This document shows positions 48,080 through 62,370 of a stretch of DNA of 64,000 nucleotides, one piece after another. The position numbers and the translations under genes were made by a program. The notes under the pieces are model-generated. The model was given only the letters and a program-made list of their open reading frames with translations. It did no database searches and was not told the origin of the DNA. How positions within the stretch are numbered: position 1 is the first letter of the stretch; every line of letters starts with the position of its first letter. This DNA is from Laetmonice hystrix (lineage: Eukaryota). The stretch is from contig OZ249436.1 in NCBI GenBank assembly GCA_965235115.1, positions 18,664,001 to 18,728,000 on the forward strand. Direction: 5' to 3'.

Positions 48080-49003
48080 CTCAGGTAAACTGGGCAGGGT
48101 GGGGGAGGGGGAGCAGGTGGGTAGGGCTGGGGGCTGTCATGAAGCTACGTATAGTGTTATTTATAGGAATAGCACTAATGATGAAGCGCAATAAATATTT
48201 CTTCTTTTTAAGCACTCGTATCTTAACAAATTACAACTTTATATTATAAGCGTACCAGACTTTCTTGTTTTCATTACCTCTTGATTTCCTGACTGATTAC
48301 TGAGTGAAGGGCTGTTCGGGAAATGACCAGAGGAGGTCTCCGTGTCAGAGGTTTCGGGCTCGAACCAAGCCTAGGGTTGAACAAACAAACTGGTGACAAA
48401 AACACTTGTTTAATGTTAGCAGCCTTAGACGGTTCGCACATTCATAGAAGGCGCTGCCGTCAGTGGTGCGGTGCGGTGCGGTGTTGCATGACTCACCTCA
48501 ATCACTGAATTCCCCGTCCCCCATCACTGCGTCCCGCTGATCAGTATTAGTTCCCGGAGCAGGATCCAAACGCCTACAAATTGCCAAGTCATGGCAGGGG
48601 ACAATTTGGGTCGTTATTCAGTAATGTGACCAGCTTCAGCTTGAATACGACTGGTAGGTAACACATAATGATTATAAAATGGTGATATCGACGAGATCAT
48701 CAGGAATATGAGTTTTATTTATATTGAGTTTGACAATCTGAGTGGTTACATTTTGGAATTGTCGACCCGACTCCCAGGCAAGCAAATTGATTGGTGTCAA
48801 AGCTGGGGTGGGGAGCACCAGGATCAAATAACTGATCGTGTATGTGAATTCCATGAGATCACAATCACTTGTGGTGGCCACACGGAACTCAGGTAAAACT
48901 GGGCAGGGTGGGGGAGGGGGGAGCAGGTGGGGAAGGCTGGGGGCTGTCATGAAGCTACGTATAGTGTTATTTATAGGAATAGCACTAATGATGAAGCGCA
49001 ATA
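48080..49003. repeat. ~115-bp near-identical direct repeat (48080-48193 and 48888-49003)
   Basis: ctcaggtaaa(a)ctgggcagggtggggg...gctgtcatgaagctacgtatagtgttatttataggaatagcactaatgatgaagcgcaata occurs twice. Confidence 0.85.
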
Positions 49004-49159
49004 TGCTAATTAGAACAAGAGTTCACTTTTATACTATGGATTCCATTAGCTCTCGTCTGCCCTTGACTTCATGACTCTTGTGAATGTTACAAGCTAATTT
49101 GATAAATTTGATCACCGTATAGACTCTAAATTGTCAAAAACTCCACGCAAAAGATAATT

Positions 49160-49740
49160 GATTAGGTTACTGGTTAAAGGTCTGTCAGTGGGTAATTTGA
49201 ATAGCAATTCCGGTCAGGTTTACAAAGAAATGAAATAACCTGACGTTAGAATTGATAGCATGCTATCTCTAGATTATATAGATACGGACGTACTATGTTT
49301 GCAAGAAACCTGGCTCAGAAGGGAAATGAATGACCCTCTCATAGCTCTACTATGCAGTTATCAGAAATAACAGGAAAGTAATAAATAGTGATGGTACCAT
49401 AAAAAAGGTGGAGGAGTATGCACCTATTCAAGAAATAAATGGTCCGTAACGCCCATATATGACGACAGTATCAATATCTCGAGTGGAGATATCGAGGTCT
49501 TGGTTCTCAAACTCAATCTTAAATTTACTAAGCAGATTTTCATTGTTAATATCTACAGGCCCCCTTCGGGAAATCTTCAAAACTTCTTTACACAATTGGA
49601 AGGTATTAAGGCCTAGATACACATGGGCGTCAAGAGGCAAGCGTCGAGCATCTAGGCCTTTAGACTCTCTTAATACTATGGCAGATTGCGAGCTCTACCT
49701 AGGAGGCAACATAAACTTAGATTATCTGAAACCGGAATAC
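49160..49740 (+). pseudogene. Decayed LINE (CR1/L2-like) APE endonuclease domain
   Basis: Ordered motifs across frameshifts: GNLN, DVLCLQETWL (~49288), KKGGGVCTY (~49402), VNIYRPPSG (~49545), LGGNIN (~49699). Confidence 0.85.
49609..49659. mobile_element. 51-bp Harbinger-like mini-MITE inserted in the LINE remnant
   Basis: Ends aggcctagat / atctaggcct; tta at 49606-49608 and 49660-49662. Confidence 0.7.
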
Positions 49741-52700
49741 AGCCAGAGTGCTCGCGTTGCGACACCTGAGCGATAAGCCCTGTTCGTCAGTCAAGCTGCT
49801 CGCGTTGCGACTCTTGACGACGAGCCAAAGACTACACGTCACTTGATGACTAGTTTATGACTAGTTTAAGTCTAGATTAAGTCCAGCTTAAGGCCCTGGT
49901 ACAACCGAGCTGGCACGAGAGCGCCATTACTATATTTTAAGTACACCCTAGTAATGTACATACAAATGATTTGTAAACCTACATTTGACACATGGTCTTA
50001 ACTATCATCCCATCTCATTATTTCACCCATACACTAGGCATCACCAATATTATATGACAAGTTCTTTTCTTTTAAATAGTGTTGTTTATTTCATGCCCAC
50101 ATGTATTTCAAAACTGCTTCTAGTGGGAGAACAAGCTGTAGGGTTGGAACTAGGCCCAGTATAAAGGATCAGTAAAAAAATAATAAAAGTGGGAGGTGAG
50201 AGAATAAATGTTTCAGATACAGCGAGTCATTCGTAATGAATCTTCTAAAAGTGTGACTTTGACCAGTACCAGGTATATACCGCGGCATATTCGTGAGAAC
50301 GTTGTTGACCATTTTTCAGACAGAAACACCCAGGCATCTCCTTTTGTTTTGTCATACGACTGATGACGACGGTAGTTTGTGCAGAGATAAATGGCGTTAT
50401 TAGTCTATTCAGTTTCTTCAAAGGGTTGGATGCTTTTTCATGAATCTCACAACGACAGGATTTCGTCATGGCTGTCAGTAATGACTCATCATGCGGATGA
50501 CGCTTATGCCTATATAGCTTGCATAAGTAACCACAGACTGGGCCGTACTTCACTGACAGAGAGAGAGAGTCCTATCTGGTTACCATAGCATAGTAATGGA
50601 CAGGTATGTTCAGGTGAACTGCCATTTTCTTGACAAGAACACTGTCAAAACATCTGGGGCTAGTCACGGGGTTGTGTTAGTGACACAGGTACCCATACGT
50701 TCCCAGTTGGAAACGTTTTGTTGACAGATATTAAACATGTGAAGCCAGGGATGACACATAATTATGGGCAGCAGTTCGTGATCCCACATACCTCTTAAAG
50801 GGACACAATTTTTCGACTGACTTTGCGTTTTTCTTATGTGATAGCGTAAAGAGGTCCGGAATAAATATTCCTACCCTGAAAATGTTGTTTGGCCTGTAAT
50901 CAAGCCACAGGCAGCCTCCAAAGTGAATTTCAGCAGATAATCATTGTAGAGGCGGCGTGGCCCTAAGTCAAGAGAACGGGTTTCACCCACATTATTTATG
51001 TTTTGCATTTAACTATAGAATGCCTCACAAAAGATTCAAAAGCCGTTCAAAAGTGTGATTCTTCCAATTGTTCCCCGTTAATATATTCTTAATAGACCTC
51101 TATATCTTAATTTTTAGAGACCTTCATACGGTTATTTCATGTATAGGCCTACAGTGTGGAATTCAACTCTGCCCTTCTTTCACTAAAGATTCGAGATAGG
51201 CCTAAGCCTGGAGTATCTCAAACAATTCCAGCCGGATTTTAGAGCTAACACTATGATCTGTTATCGTCAGAGGATATGTTACCAATGCAGCATAAAAAAA
51301 CATCACCTGCATCCTCCCATCCTAAGCCAGATTTAGTAAACGTCCCTATTTGTTACATTCTGTGACGTTTCCTTCAGACAATATAACGCTTTTTGAGTAC
51401 CCAGTAGATTGTTACTCTCAAGGGCAAAGACCATAGGAAGGTTGAGACCAGTGAAACCAGTGAAACCAGTGAAACTGGTGCATCATATACTTTAAATGAG
51501 TGGGCCGAGGTCAGCGGATGTACCCACGTCCGGCCTCTTGGCAAAGTGAAATCTTTTTCTTACTCATGCGACACTATTATAATGGACGTCAGTATTGACG
51601 CACGACGCTGCTTGTTGATTGTGGAGTTGCAGTAAGCCTAGACTGTAGTTCCAGTTTATTCCATTGCTGTAAAATAACTGTTTCACTGTTTGAATGGTAA
51701 GACTCTGCAGTTTACATTATCACGTTCTGGAGAAATTACATTTATTGAAGATAAATTTTCATATTCCCAGCAGTGCTTTTGATTTTGTCTGCAATCTGTA
51801 GACTAATTCAATTATTCTTTGAACGGAGTAATGGATTCCGGTATAATCTCCCCATTGAGCTAGTATCCCAATGTCACAGGTTAACAAGTAGGCCTATAGG
51901 GCCTCTTGCACGTTTGTGCCATTTTAAGTATGGAATAGCCTATGACTTTATGGCGTTTGGCTTTCCTAACGGAAACAGTTCTTGGAAAACCACGAGGTCC
52001 GGTGGATTGGTAGTACATGTACTGGGAAGAAAAACAACCAGATGACTCTTGATAAAGAATACACCGTCTGGTTTGTGCGTGTCGGACAGTCCACATCAGT
52101 GCTAAGGACTGACAGGCCCGTCGGCTATCATTTTGTCGTGTAATTGGAATGACATTCATAGCCCGAGTTTTGCTGCACGTGTCAACCTTCACAAGTTTCA
52201 AAACGACACTGAAGGAAAAACATTGTCACTCTTTAAAAAATTCCACATTAAGATTGTATTTGGTGTTGCTTGACATTTTAGTTTCTTTTTGTTTTGGGTG
52301 AAACTGGTACGAGAATTGATTATAGTAAGTCAAGTAAGTAAATAGTTTATTCGCGTCTCACCCTATATACCCTAGGCCTTGCTTAGAAGAGATATGGGAG
52401 ACGAAAAGGACGTATACCATTACATAGTAAAAGAATAAAGGTACAGTAGCAGGTAAAACAAGTTTATGATGAATAAATTAAACGTCTCCTATGACACAGA
52501 ATTGTGCGGCAGGTTTTGGCGCTTCTTCTGCGTATAGGTGGGTTACTGAGTATAAATATTATTATATCACTAAATTGATTAAATGATACATTGATATTGC
52601 TACAACGGAATTATATGCATTGCACCTGGTGATAACATATTCTTCTGTTTCTACTTCATGGCATAATGAGCAGAAACGTGTTCGGAGGTCTCTGTCTCTA

Positions 52701-53459
52701 ATCTTATGGGGACTACCCGACACCTAAATTTTGCTAAGGCGTTATGTTTTGGGTTTAAAGGCGGGCAGCGGACTATAAAAGGAGCCAGTGGGGAGCTCCG
52801 ATACATGTGCTTTTGACTCTCATGTTGTACACAGCAGGCTTGGCTTTCCAGACATTATTGCCTCCTGTGAGCGTTTAAGGAAATTATCTTCAATGAAAAT
52901 TGTCAGGGATATGTTTAAACATATGAGGAGCACACCTCATTATTGAATGTATCTTTAGAGCTTATAGAAAATCATATTTGGGGTAATTTGTGAATCAAAA
53001 CAAACCCTATTTTGCCTTTAGAATTTGGATTTGATTGACAGCTGGTTAGTCAGCTTACTAGTGATGTATCTCATGTGGTGGTGTTATCTTGGTGACCTAG
53101 TTTGCTAGGATACCAGTCAGACCCTACCCTGCCACTGGCTCCTGCTCCACTAGCCCCTCCCTGTAGCCTATATATGGCTTTATTGCTGTCCGGAGGGGCT
53201 ATGATACCCGCCTTTAAGACAGACTTTACATATGTTTTACTTTCATGTTTAAAAAATCTGTATGTTCATAACTTATTAGTGTCGGCAAAGATTGCATGGT
53301 GCGCCATGGTGCGCATTTAATTAGGTAAGCCAAGCTGAGATGCCTCCTGTTTTTTGTAAGATACTGATGTATCCATAACAGCTACTAAAATATTTTTTGT
53401 GCTCAAATTTCCCAGCCGAATCCTTTCTGCTGTATGTAGGCCGGCAAGAGCATTACTTA

Positions 53460-53840
53460 CATGTTAGACATGATAGGAATGTCACATGAGTCCCGCGTGA
53501 ACCAGGCTAGGCTTGGCAATGGGGAGAGACTAACGTGGGCTACTGGCAGGCTAGCCGTTCTTTTCAATAATTTGAATCTTTCCAAGCATACAGTGAATTT
53601 GGATAAAGAAATGTTTCCATTGCTCATCTGATGAAGTAGACATAAGTGGAAACGTTGGTTGATCAAGATCTGATTAAACTTTAAAGGGGTGAAATGTTGC
53701 TTTCCACATGCAATTGTAAATAAAAAATGTAGGAAATTGTAATAAAACTGCAATTGACCATAATAATATGCAATAGCAATAAACAATATTGCTGTATAAT
53801 ATATATAAATCGCGCAATTTTGTTTTAGTTAACAGATTGC
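53460..53840 (-). pseudogene. Decayed LINE (CR1/L2-like) post-RT fragment
   Basis: Minus strand KLRDLYILYSNIVYCYCILLWS resembles the LxxLY..YC...W motif downstream of RT; heavily degraded. Confidence 0.45.
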
Positions 53841-55207
53841 TGGCAGGGGATACCAAGAAAATTGTGAAAAAAGTTAATTTATCCCTTGCGATGTCATTTG
53901 TGGTCCAGTTTACAGAGACGTACATGCAGAGAGATAGTTTTAACAGATTCGTGGTCATGATTTGAAATCTAAGACTGACCTGGAAGAGCTGTAAATTGTC
54001 CACGCGTTTTTTCTGTGGAGAATCGTCCTTGAAATAGGACTGCTTTTCGGTGGGCTGCTTGCCCTCCAGATGGGGGACTTTTTAAGACTTTTACATGGGT
54101 GCTTGTTGTGTTAACCCACTTACTGGTTATACGCGTACCGGTAGACATGTTGCAACATCAGTGGTACATAGAAGTTTCGATTTTTTGTTTCATAACCAGT
54201 CAGTTTCCCAAGTCTTCATAAATAGCTTCACTGTACTATTGTAGTTAAATTGTTAATTCATTTGCATAATAAAGGTATTAACCTGGGTCTACTGTAAATT
54301 TGGCGGTATGGCGGTTTGGTATCCGTTTGGTATACTGTATACAACATGTTGCAAACCTGAAATTGAAGGCCAAATCAAACAGCACAGCACATTCGGGATT
54401 CCCTCCGGCATATGACATCATATCTGCATATACCCTCAGGTGAAATGGGCGCCATTGGCAACCAGATACATGGCGAAATCGACCTGTGTAGCGAGGCACT
54501 GAGGGAACCGTCATATCCCATCGAGCCAGAAAGTAGTGCATTATTGAAACCTGCTTCTTGGCATCGTATGTGCAAATATATATTTTGTGGTATGAAGGGG
54601 AACGTTTGAACTGAAAAAAATCAATTACCTAATTTACCTAAATGGGCGTGATACGGTAATTTATCAAATTATGGGAAGCAATATGGCCGCGCCCATGAAC
54701 GACAGCACCACGACAGATGGTACGACTACTTGTATCATGAACATGATACTCTCGTAATATTGCCCACTGACTATGGGGAAAACACTGGATGCCTATTTTA
54801 GTTGCTTCCATGCCTGATGCAGGCAAAATACTGCAAGCACTGCCATGCTGGCGAGAGTCCCAACTAATTGTACCCGAGATACAATGCTCAAAATGGTGCC
54901 TATTTCACCCGAGGCTACTTTCGAAGATATGGCCGAGGATTCCCGAATGAGCACAGCAGTGGATAATACTGCTGGGAAAATGTGAGTACAGCATGGCATA
55001 TGCGTGCTGCGGCACATACTCCTCAACATATAATTATGTTTTCAGTACATGTAATAGTTACAGGTATTTCAAAACATGGACGGTTTACAGAGTGTCACCG
55101 GAAGGTTCACTGAACCATATCATATTTACAATACCCCTGGACGCTAGTTGTTAATTCACCCCTTATAAGCCTGAAGGGCAGGTACATGTAGTTCACGGTC
55201 AGACTAA

Positions 55208-55341
55208 AGCTGCGTGTCCACAGGTCCAGATGCGGACACGGTTACGGATACGGATTTTTAAAAACACATTACAAATATAGGGACTGTGTCCGATCGGTCG
55301 CCATGTTCGGACCGCATGAGTGGACCTGTGGACCCGCAGCT
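55208..55341. mobile_element. Harbinger-like MITE
   Basis: TIRs agctgcgtgtccacaggtcca / tggacctgtggacccgcagct; flanks taa/tca. Confidence 0.7.
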
Positions 55342-58300
55342 TCAGGCAGTCAGTTTTTAAAGGACCACTTTTTTCCACCATAATTCCATAAAGTCCCTCC
55401 TGACGCTCTAAAAAAGTGAGAGTTTTGTCACTTTGAAGCACTTTTTCTAAAGGAAAACTGATAGAACATGTGCATGTCATAAACTACATTTATTAAATAA
55501 AGTGGAGCAATGGAAAAAATACAGATTCTATTTTAATGATTTTTTTTCCAGAGAGCGAGCTTAGCTAGACCTACATAATGGTTAATTGCATAATATTCTA
55601 AGTACAAGGGTTTCCACATGAGCCTAGACAGGCAATTGTCCCCCTTTTTTTGGAATGACCCATATCTGTGGCTTTTAGTGGAGGCCTTCCATCATAGAAT
55701 GAGATGCTGTATACAACAATTTAGGGTGAAAAATCGTGCACTTCAAAAACTTTAGTTGCCTGGTGCCACGCCCCCTCAGCACTTGGAAGTCAGCGGCGAG
55801 GGGTTGGTCGTGGGTTGTGTTTACTGCACATGTGCGTCTTGGGGTCAATCCAAAATGGCGGAATATATAGCGGTTGATCGTGTTATGGGGAGTAAATTTC
55901 AAGCAATAGTGTGTAGCCTATAGGTCTAAATCATCTTCAGAAGTGGGTAGAGTTGAAAGACGCTGCTGTGCTGATGCACTAAGGTAAGACTTTTTAACGT
56001 CCACGTACCATGTTGACCTGCTGATAATGGTGACAGAGTTTGTGTTGCGACTAATGCACGTGGGCTGTGTACACAATTCACAATGCTTCATGGGATAGTT
56101 CGTTTTCTATTGCATGTCGTACACTCTCTTCTAATTTCTCCTGCCTAGATCTGCCGGTTTCTATTCTTAGTCATCTTGTGTTGTCAAGGGGCATCGCACA
56201 TCCTGCATTCTACCCCTTGAGCTCAGCCCAGTCTAAACTGGGGTAAGCCCCCCGGATCTGCGCATGAACAAATAGGCCTATTTAATGGCTTATTTCCTAC
56301 GTGGCAGGCACCAAGAATAGGACGGCTAGTATACCATGACGAAAATCTTATCGCCTTATCGATATAACGCATATTGGTGTTTTCGTTCAGTGAAGTATGA
56401 GTGTGCATGTCAGGTTCATCGCATATCTTCGGACGTGCATGGAAAAATACGTGAAGCAAAAAGTATGAACGTGATGAATCTGAAACATTTTCATGGACCC
56501 ACTAACGTAAATATAAATTCGTCTTTTGGCTGCAAGAAGTAAATTCCAACTTGAAAAATGTTCATTGAAAATACATATAGATTCTATATGTGGTCAATAT
56601 CAAAAATAATTCTTTTTAGTTTTTGAGCGAAACTATCTTTCACTAACAACTGGAATTGAATACAATTTATTTCTAAAAACTACAAAACATCCCTCTAAAC
56701 TTGCACACCATTTATTTCTCACTAATATGTAAAAAAAATAAATGGAGGATGCTACCTACCTTAATTACCTGCCATATTCCCTAGCTCATAAAATTTCAAA
56801 TTTCAAACAGCTCAGCATGTCGTATTCAAAATGTTACAGATACATGACCTGGTTTGATAGGGCTGTTCTGTTATCGGTTGTTACCCCCGACCAATGTAGT
56901 AGGTACCTTTTCGGAACACGGCACGATATTCCTTCTGATCCTCCGACCGCCTGAGCTTCTGATGATCGGATGTAAATCGGGGGGCAGGTCGGAGCGTTCT
57001 CATTGGTACTCTTGCGTGATCAGACGAACCGACCGCATGGTCAAAAGACCGACGAACTCGCACTACCCAAGAACCCCATTTACCTCCGACTGCCCGATGA
57101 TGATGATCAGTGAAAAGTCTGACACTGTCAGACTTTCCTCGGACTCACCGATCCTCGGATATTGCTCCGACCATCATTATCACACGGCACGACCTTGTGC
57201 TCACATAGATCGAGAGGCTCTATCCCACTCCGGTGCCCTCTGAGGGATAGAGTGCACTCCTATTTGATCAATTCAATGTTAACTTTACTCGACCAAAATG
57301 GTCGAAATGGTCGAGTAGACTTCATCGCCTCGGAGTACAGTTTTCTCCCCAACCATTGAACGTCATGTGCTAAAACTTCACCCAGACGTCCCTAAACACT
57401 ACACCTTCAGTTTCCAGCCTTTGCAGAGTTTAAATCCTTTGGGTTTAACAGTAATCCAGCAATTTGCCAGCCTTTCGCACGATGACCCAACTTTCCGATG
57501 CCATAATGGAACCGTGGTTGCTGCAGCTTCTGGCTACACAACCCGCAGGCATTCTCGCCAGTTTCCTCCAGTACAGGTGACTCTGCCTCCGACACTATGG
57601 GTGACCCTATGGGTGACCCTAACGGAGACCCCTCAGCTGAAGATGGGGGGGGGGGGGTCAGAGACATGATCAAACTGTATGGTTGTCACTTATATATTTC
57701 GTGGTCTTCTTTGGGGAGATATACTGCATAGACTTTCGGCACATTTAAGTCAAAACGCTGAAATTCTGCAGTTTACATCCAGCACTTCCCGCCGTCTTGT
57801 CTGGGTACCCATGTCACATCTGATGATCCAAGTTTGGGTTGGCAAACTGGCTGACTTTGGCGGTGTCTCACTGAGAGCTCGATTTCCCAGTGCCAGTTGT
57901 TTGTGTGACACGGGAATTATTTTCTTGTTTGCTGGTTTGAGTAGAACGAGATGTTAACTTATTGGGTTGCATGAAGCAGCACAAACCTCAGGACGAAGGT
58001 CTTGGTCTTGTCGGGAGGTATCACTTTCAGTACCCGGGTTCTCCACCATTTGTCGTCGGGGTTTGGTATGCCCACGACCTTCAGAAGACTGCTGGGCAGA
58101 AGGACGGAGCCTGGTTGGTTAACGATGGTTGTTTATTTCCGATTCCAAAACTCCAAGTGAGGTTTCAATGTATAACATCAGTATATAAGGAAAATTGCTG
58201 GTCTCAAACCGACCAATAAAATAGAACAAAATAATTCTGGCCAGCTATTGGCCCAAGCCCTTAGTGGGCAGCCTGCTTGTACGGAAAATTATCTTGTTGC

Positions 58301-60536
58301 CAAACTCAAAGGACTGAATACGCTTGACTGAACAAAGGCATACAGGAGATGGAATAGTCAGTTGTGAAACGGACACATTGACGCTGGACGCTCCATCAAA
58401 CAGGTGCTAACACACGGAGAATTAAGGTTCTCTAATTGGGCGCCTATATATGTCCTGCTATTATTGTTAGAACAATTCTGGTAACAAAGCTGCCATCCAC
58501 ACCATCAAAGAACACAATGTCATTCGGCATTACACTGTCTAGATTGCTGTTACCATGACCCAAGATGAAAGCTAGAAGTTAAAGGCAAATTAAAGTTTAA
58601 AAGAATGAGATTTTGTAGGAATGTGATAAATTTCCATAACTTTCCCATATCCCATGACAAAAAACTTGATTTTCCCAGACTTTCCAGGTCCTAAAAAAAC
58701 AATATCCCTTTCCATACCTTTCCAAAACCCGTACGAACCCTGCTCTGAACTTGTATCAATGAGAAGTGTGGGATTGTGGTGCTGCAGCAGGTAGGTAAGG
58801 ATAGGGAAATCCCTGAACGTATAGAGAAGTTTCTGGTCGTTGCGGGTATTTGGCGATTCTCTCCTAGTGTCAAAAGCTAAGAAGTGAATCACAGCCGAAG
58901 ATGGTGGTGGGGGACTTGTTGGTTTTGCGTCCTGTTGCCAAGAATTGGGCATTTTCCGGACGTGAACAATTTTTTGTGTTGTGATGATGATGTAACGATA
59001 CACCAGAAACCTACATATGCTTTGCATGTGATTTGCTTTCATGAATTTCTTCTATATTAACAATTTTCTTACTCTCTGGGCGTTATTATAGTCCGCATGA
59101 ATTTACATTGAATGATTTGGGTATCGTCTATTATGGTGTTAATATGTCATATCATGTGGTTACCACATCATGTGATGGAATGTTATTGTTGTTCACAGTT
59201 GGGTAATCAGGGACCAGGTCGTTCTTGGCTTATATTTACTCTATACATGTATGTCATAAGTGGACTCATAGGAATGTTGGGACACCATTACACTCACCCG
59301 GATTTGACAGGCTCGCCCCACTTCGAGTACTTGTATATAATCTAGCCACACTTGAAGTCTTCCGTTCAGTGCCGACCCTGACAGGCGAACATCAAAAGGT
59401 AGAATTAAGAATCTAGGTCAGCCGGCTGTCCTGCTCAGTGACTGTGTAGGCTGTGATCACACGAGGAACAGGAAGGGGAGTTTGAGATGAAGTGAGGTTA
59501 CACTGGTGGACTGGTGCCCCCGACGTGATCCGATATTGGGTCTAGCTTCAGCCGGCTGTTTCAGATCAAGGTCGCCTAATGTCGCCACAATCGTATCCAC
59601 GAAATTGTGCAATTTCTTTGGCCAATTCTAATGTAACTAAAGAATTAAACATAAAAAACCGAGTTGTCACTTTTGTAGTGTTTTATAACTATCTTTATAT
59701 AATAATAACATTGAGATTTAAAGTTGACTAAAAAAAATAACATAGTCTACCTGTTATTTAGTTTCTATATGATGTGAGATTACTTCATGACGCCATTGTG
59801 TGATCGTCTGCAGTGACCGTAGACTACCAAATTAATTGGGGCCCGATGCGTAATGAAGGAGAGTGGTTATTGGCCAAAGGGGGGAAAATTTACCTTTTTA
59901 CGGACAATTTTGGACACTTTCGGAATAAATAAGTTCAAACGTAGGCTTACATGCCTAAACACTTACTAGTTCATAAAATCGATGAAAAAAACAGGTAGGC
60001 TGACCGTAGGCGTAGCAGCTGTACTACAAATTCTGAAACGCCTTTTCTTGGCCAACCAGTTTAGCAGGTAGTCTCTATATAAACTTAAAATAGGGCTCTA
60101 TTAAAAGGGAAACAACGGTACTGTCTGTTCTGGGTGTGGCGGTAAGCACGTTTCAGTGATGATCGTGGTGATGAATACGGGTCCGGGACCGCCTATATTT
60201 CGGCCACTCTGCCGTCATCATCACCTCTTGCCACGACTTTTGGTTAGGGGTGGCATGGTTTAACATCGAACTCTAACCCGTATGCCTAAAGATGTTTCAA
60301 TGGGAGTTTAGCAAAACTGAAGTTTAACTCATCAGTGTTGTACCTCTGTCCGGACACATAGATGGGGTTCAAGAAAACCAGCGGTTTATAGTTACACTCG
60401 GTATAAGTGTCGGTATGCAGGAAGATGGTTTAACTTAAATTTTCTTACACCAGGGACAGTGGAATAGCTTAACCAGGTTTTGGCTAAACCAAAGTATAGT
60501 TATACGTACCTCTTTTATACATACGGGCCCGGAAGT

Positions 60537-60870
60537 TTAAAAGGTTGTGAAATAAACGAGGTTAGTATGGGGTAGGAGTAGGAAGGCAAAGTCAGATTTC
60601 GTGTAAAAATATGGTGCAATATCCTTTTTGTCAATCACAGCAGTATTGTCATTAATCTGAGAAAAAGTTATTTTCTGGAGCATCAGTAATCTTCTATACT
60701 TAGGCCTACATGGGAGTAATCTAGCTTCTTTATGCAATTCTATAGTACTATAATAAAATCTATCTTTGTTTAGCGCAATTTTTAAACCATTATTTCGAAT
60801 GAGCTGTAGTTTCTGCTTATAGGCCCTAAGCCTAATACTCGTTGCATGTCCCGTTAAACACATTTCCGTA
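60537..60870 (-). pseudogene. Decayed LINE (CR1-like) ORF2 C-terminal fragment
   Basis: KQKLQLIRNNGLKIAL...STIELHKEARLL...RRLLML resembles the LQxxQNxxLR...LH...L..RR tail of CR1/L2 ORF2. Confidence 0.6.
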
Positions 60871-61228
60871 TTAGGGAAGTAGGCCTACCTTCGATTTAAA
60901 AATGGGCAGAGTCTTGTTGAGACGAAGAATGAATAGTATACGCTCTTTGATTATATGCACTCAAAACCCGACCCCACATACCCGATTCCGTCCAACCCAA
61001 TGGTCGGCGACCACTTGGTCGGGATGTGGGGCCAGAGCACTGACTACTGAAATGGTTAAGAGATTTGGCATAGGCTTATGGTAGTTTTGGCAATAACTAG
61101 TACTGTGGCGCCACCTGTTGGCTCAATTACACAATTATCTCCTTGTATAGATTCGGAATCAAACTTTGAGAGTATCGATTCTAGCCTTACGCACTGAGCC
61201 TAATGAGGGGTTACCATGTCTTTGCCAG

Positions 61229-61428
61229 CACGGGGATGGTGTTCGCCTTCCTGTCCAATGAGCAGCTGAGGGTGCAGACGTCATCCGAGAGTGAAGGCGT
61301 CGTCTCCAAGTTTTCCCAGCACCTCGATTCCGTCGACATGTATTTTACACAGTCCACCGAGGAAGCCACTACGTCTATCGTCGCAAGGACACAAAGTGCA
61401 ATTCAGAATGTTATAAGTACTCTCACAT
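61229..61428 (+). CDS. PROM1: Prominin-like exon 4 (end of TM2, start of first large extracellular loop)
   Basis: TGMVFAFLSNEQL matches prominin G...F..N.Q; acceptor tctttgccag|, donor |gtgagt, phase 2 to 1. Confidence 0.88.
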
Positions 61429-61862
61429 GTGAGTGAAAGTTTGCCTTGCTTTACCAAAGTCTAAAGTTGTTCTGTTGTTGTTGGTCATTTGGTCATGCTT
61501 GTAGCGTTCAAAATTAACAAATTAGGCCTACCAGCAAATCTGTCATCGTTTTATTTTGTAAGACAAGATCTTTTTCGTGGGATATTAAAGGCCCTACTTA
61601 GATAAATATACAAGGATATATTCAACATCACATACAGGTCTTACATTCCATTCCATTCTTACATTCCATTCTCGTATCATTATACAACGTACTGATCATA
61701 GGTTCTTTGGACCTCTCAAATTAACATGTTGCAGTAGTATTGCAATTGTTTTCACAAACCTTAAATTTGGATCCACAGTTCACATCTTTCTTTAGTCATT
61801 GAAGATAGAAAATGTGACAGATTCTACATATGAACGGTTATAATGGGCTTTCGTCTTTTCAG

Positions 61863-61946
61863 GGTTACCACGGCAAGCGTTTTTAAAAATGGAAGAACTG
61901 ACGAACTCGGGCCCTCTTCTCGCAACAGCCCGGTCTCTAGCAAACA
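61863..61946 (+). CDS. PROM1: Prominin-like exon 5
   Basis: Acceptor tcgtcttttcag|, donor |gtgagt, phase 1 to 1; reads LPRQAFLKMEELTNSGPLLATARSLAN. Confidence 0.75.
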
Positions 61947-62370
61947 GTGAGTGCAGCACACCGCAAATTGAACAGTTTCCTGGTGGACCTATGTTTTCCT
62001 TTATACTTTACTTCCTTACATGGGTATTAAAATATATTTATCAGTCAATCCGAAATGACAGAATAGCAATCAACAACTCAAAATGTTTTTGAAGATAGTT
62101 GGTCATGTCGATGCTCTAACTTTGAAGACTCTTTCATCTTCTAATGCCGTTTGAATAGATGAAGGTGAAAAAAGACATCTAGTGCTATGATTTTATTTGC
62201 GCTGTGTATACGTTATTTTTGCGCTGTGTATACCTACGTTATAAAATGTTTAAATTATATCTAACTACTAGTTCAGTTAAATTAGGCTTAGCTATTTTTA
62301 TTCTGTAGTTAAAAATTGCTATTCTATTTACCATGACTACTTACTTACAAGATGCAATCATTGCTTCCAG

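Noticed and set aside
48080..49003. LTR pair (TRIM)
   Set aside because: No TG..CA termini, PBS, PPT or TSD recognised.
56865..58228. Possible element with TGTTCT..AGAACA ends
   Set aside because: The inverted repeats are weak, there is no TSD, and no interpretable coding remnant.
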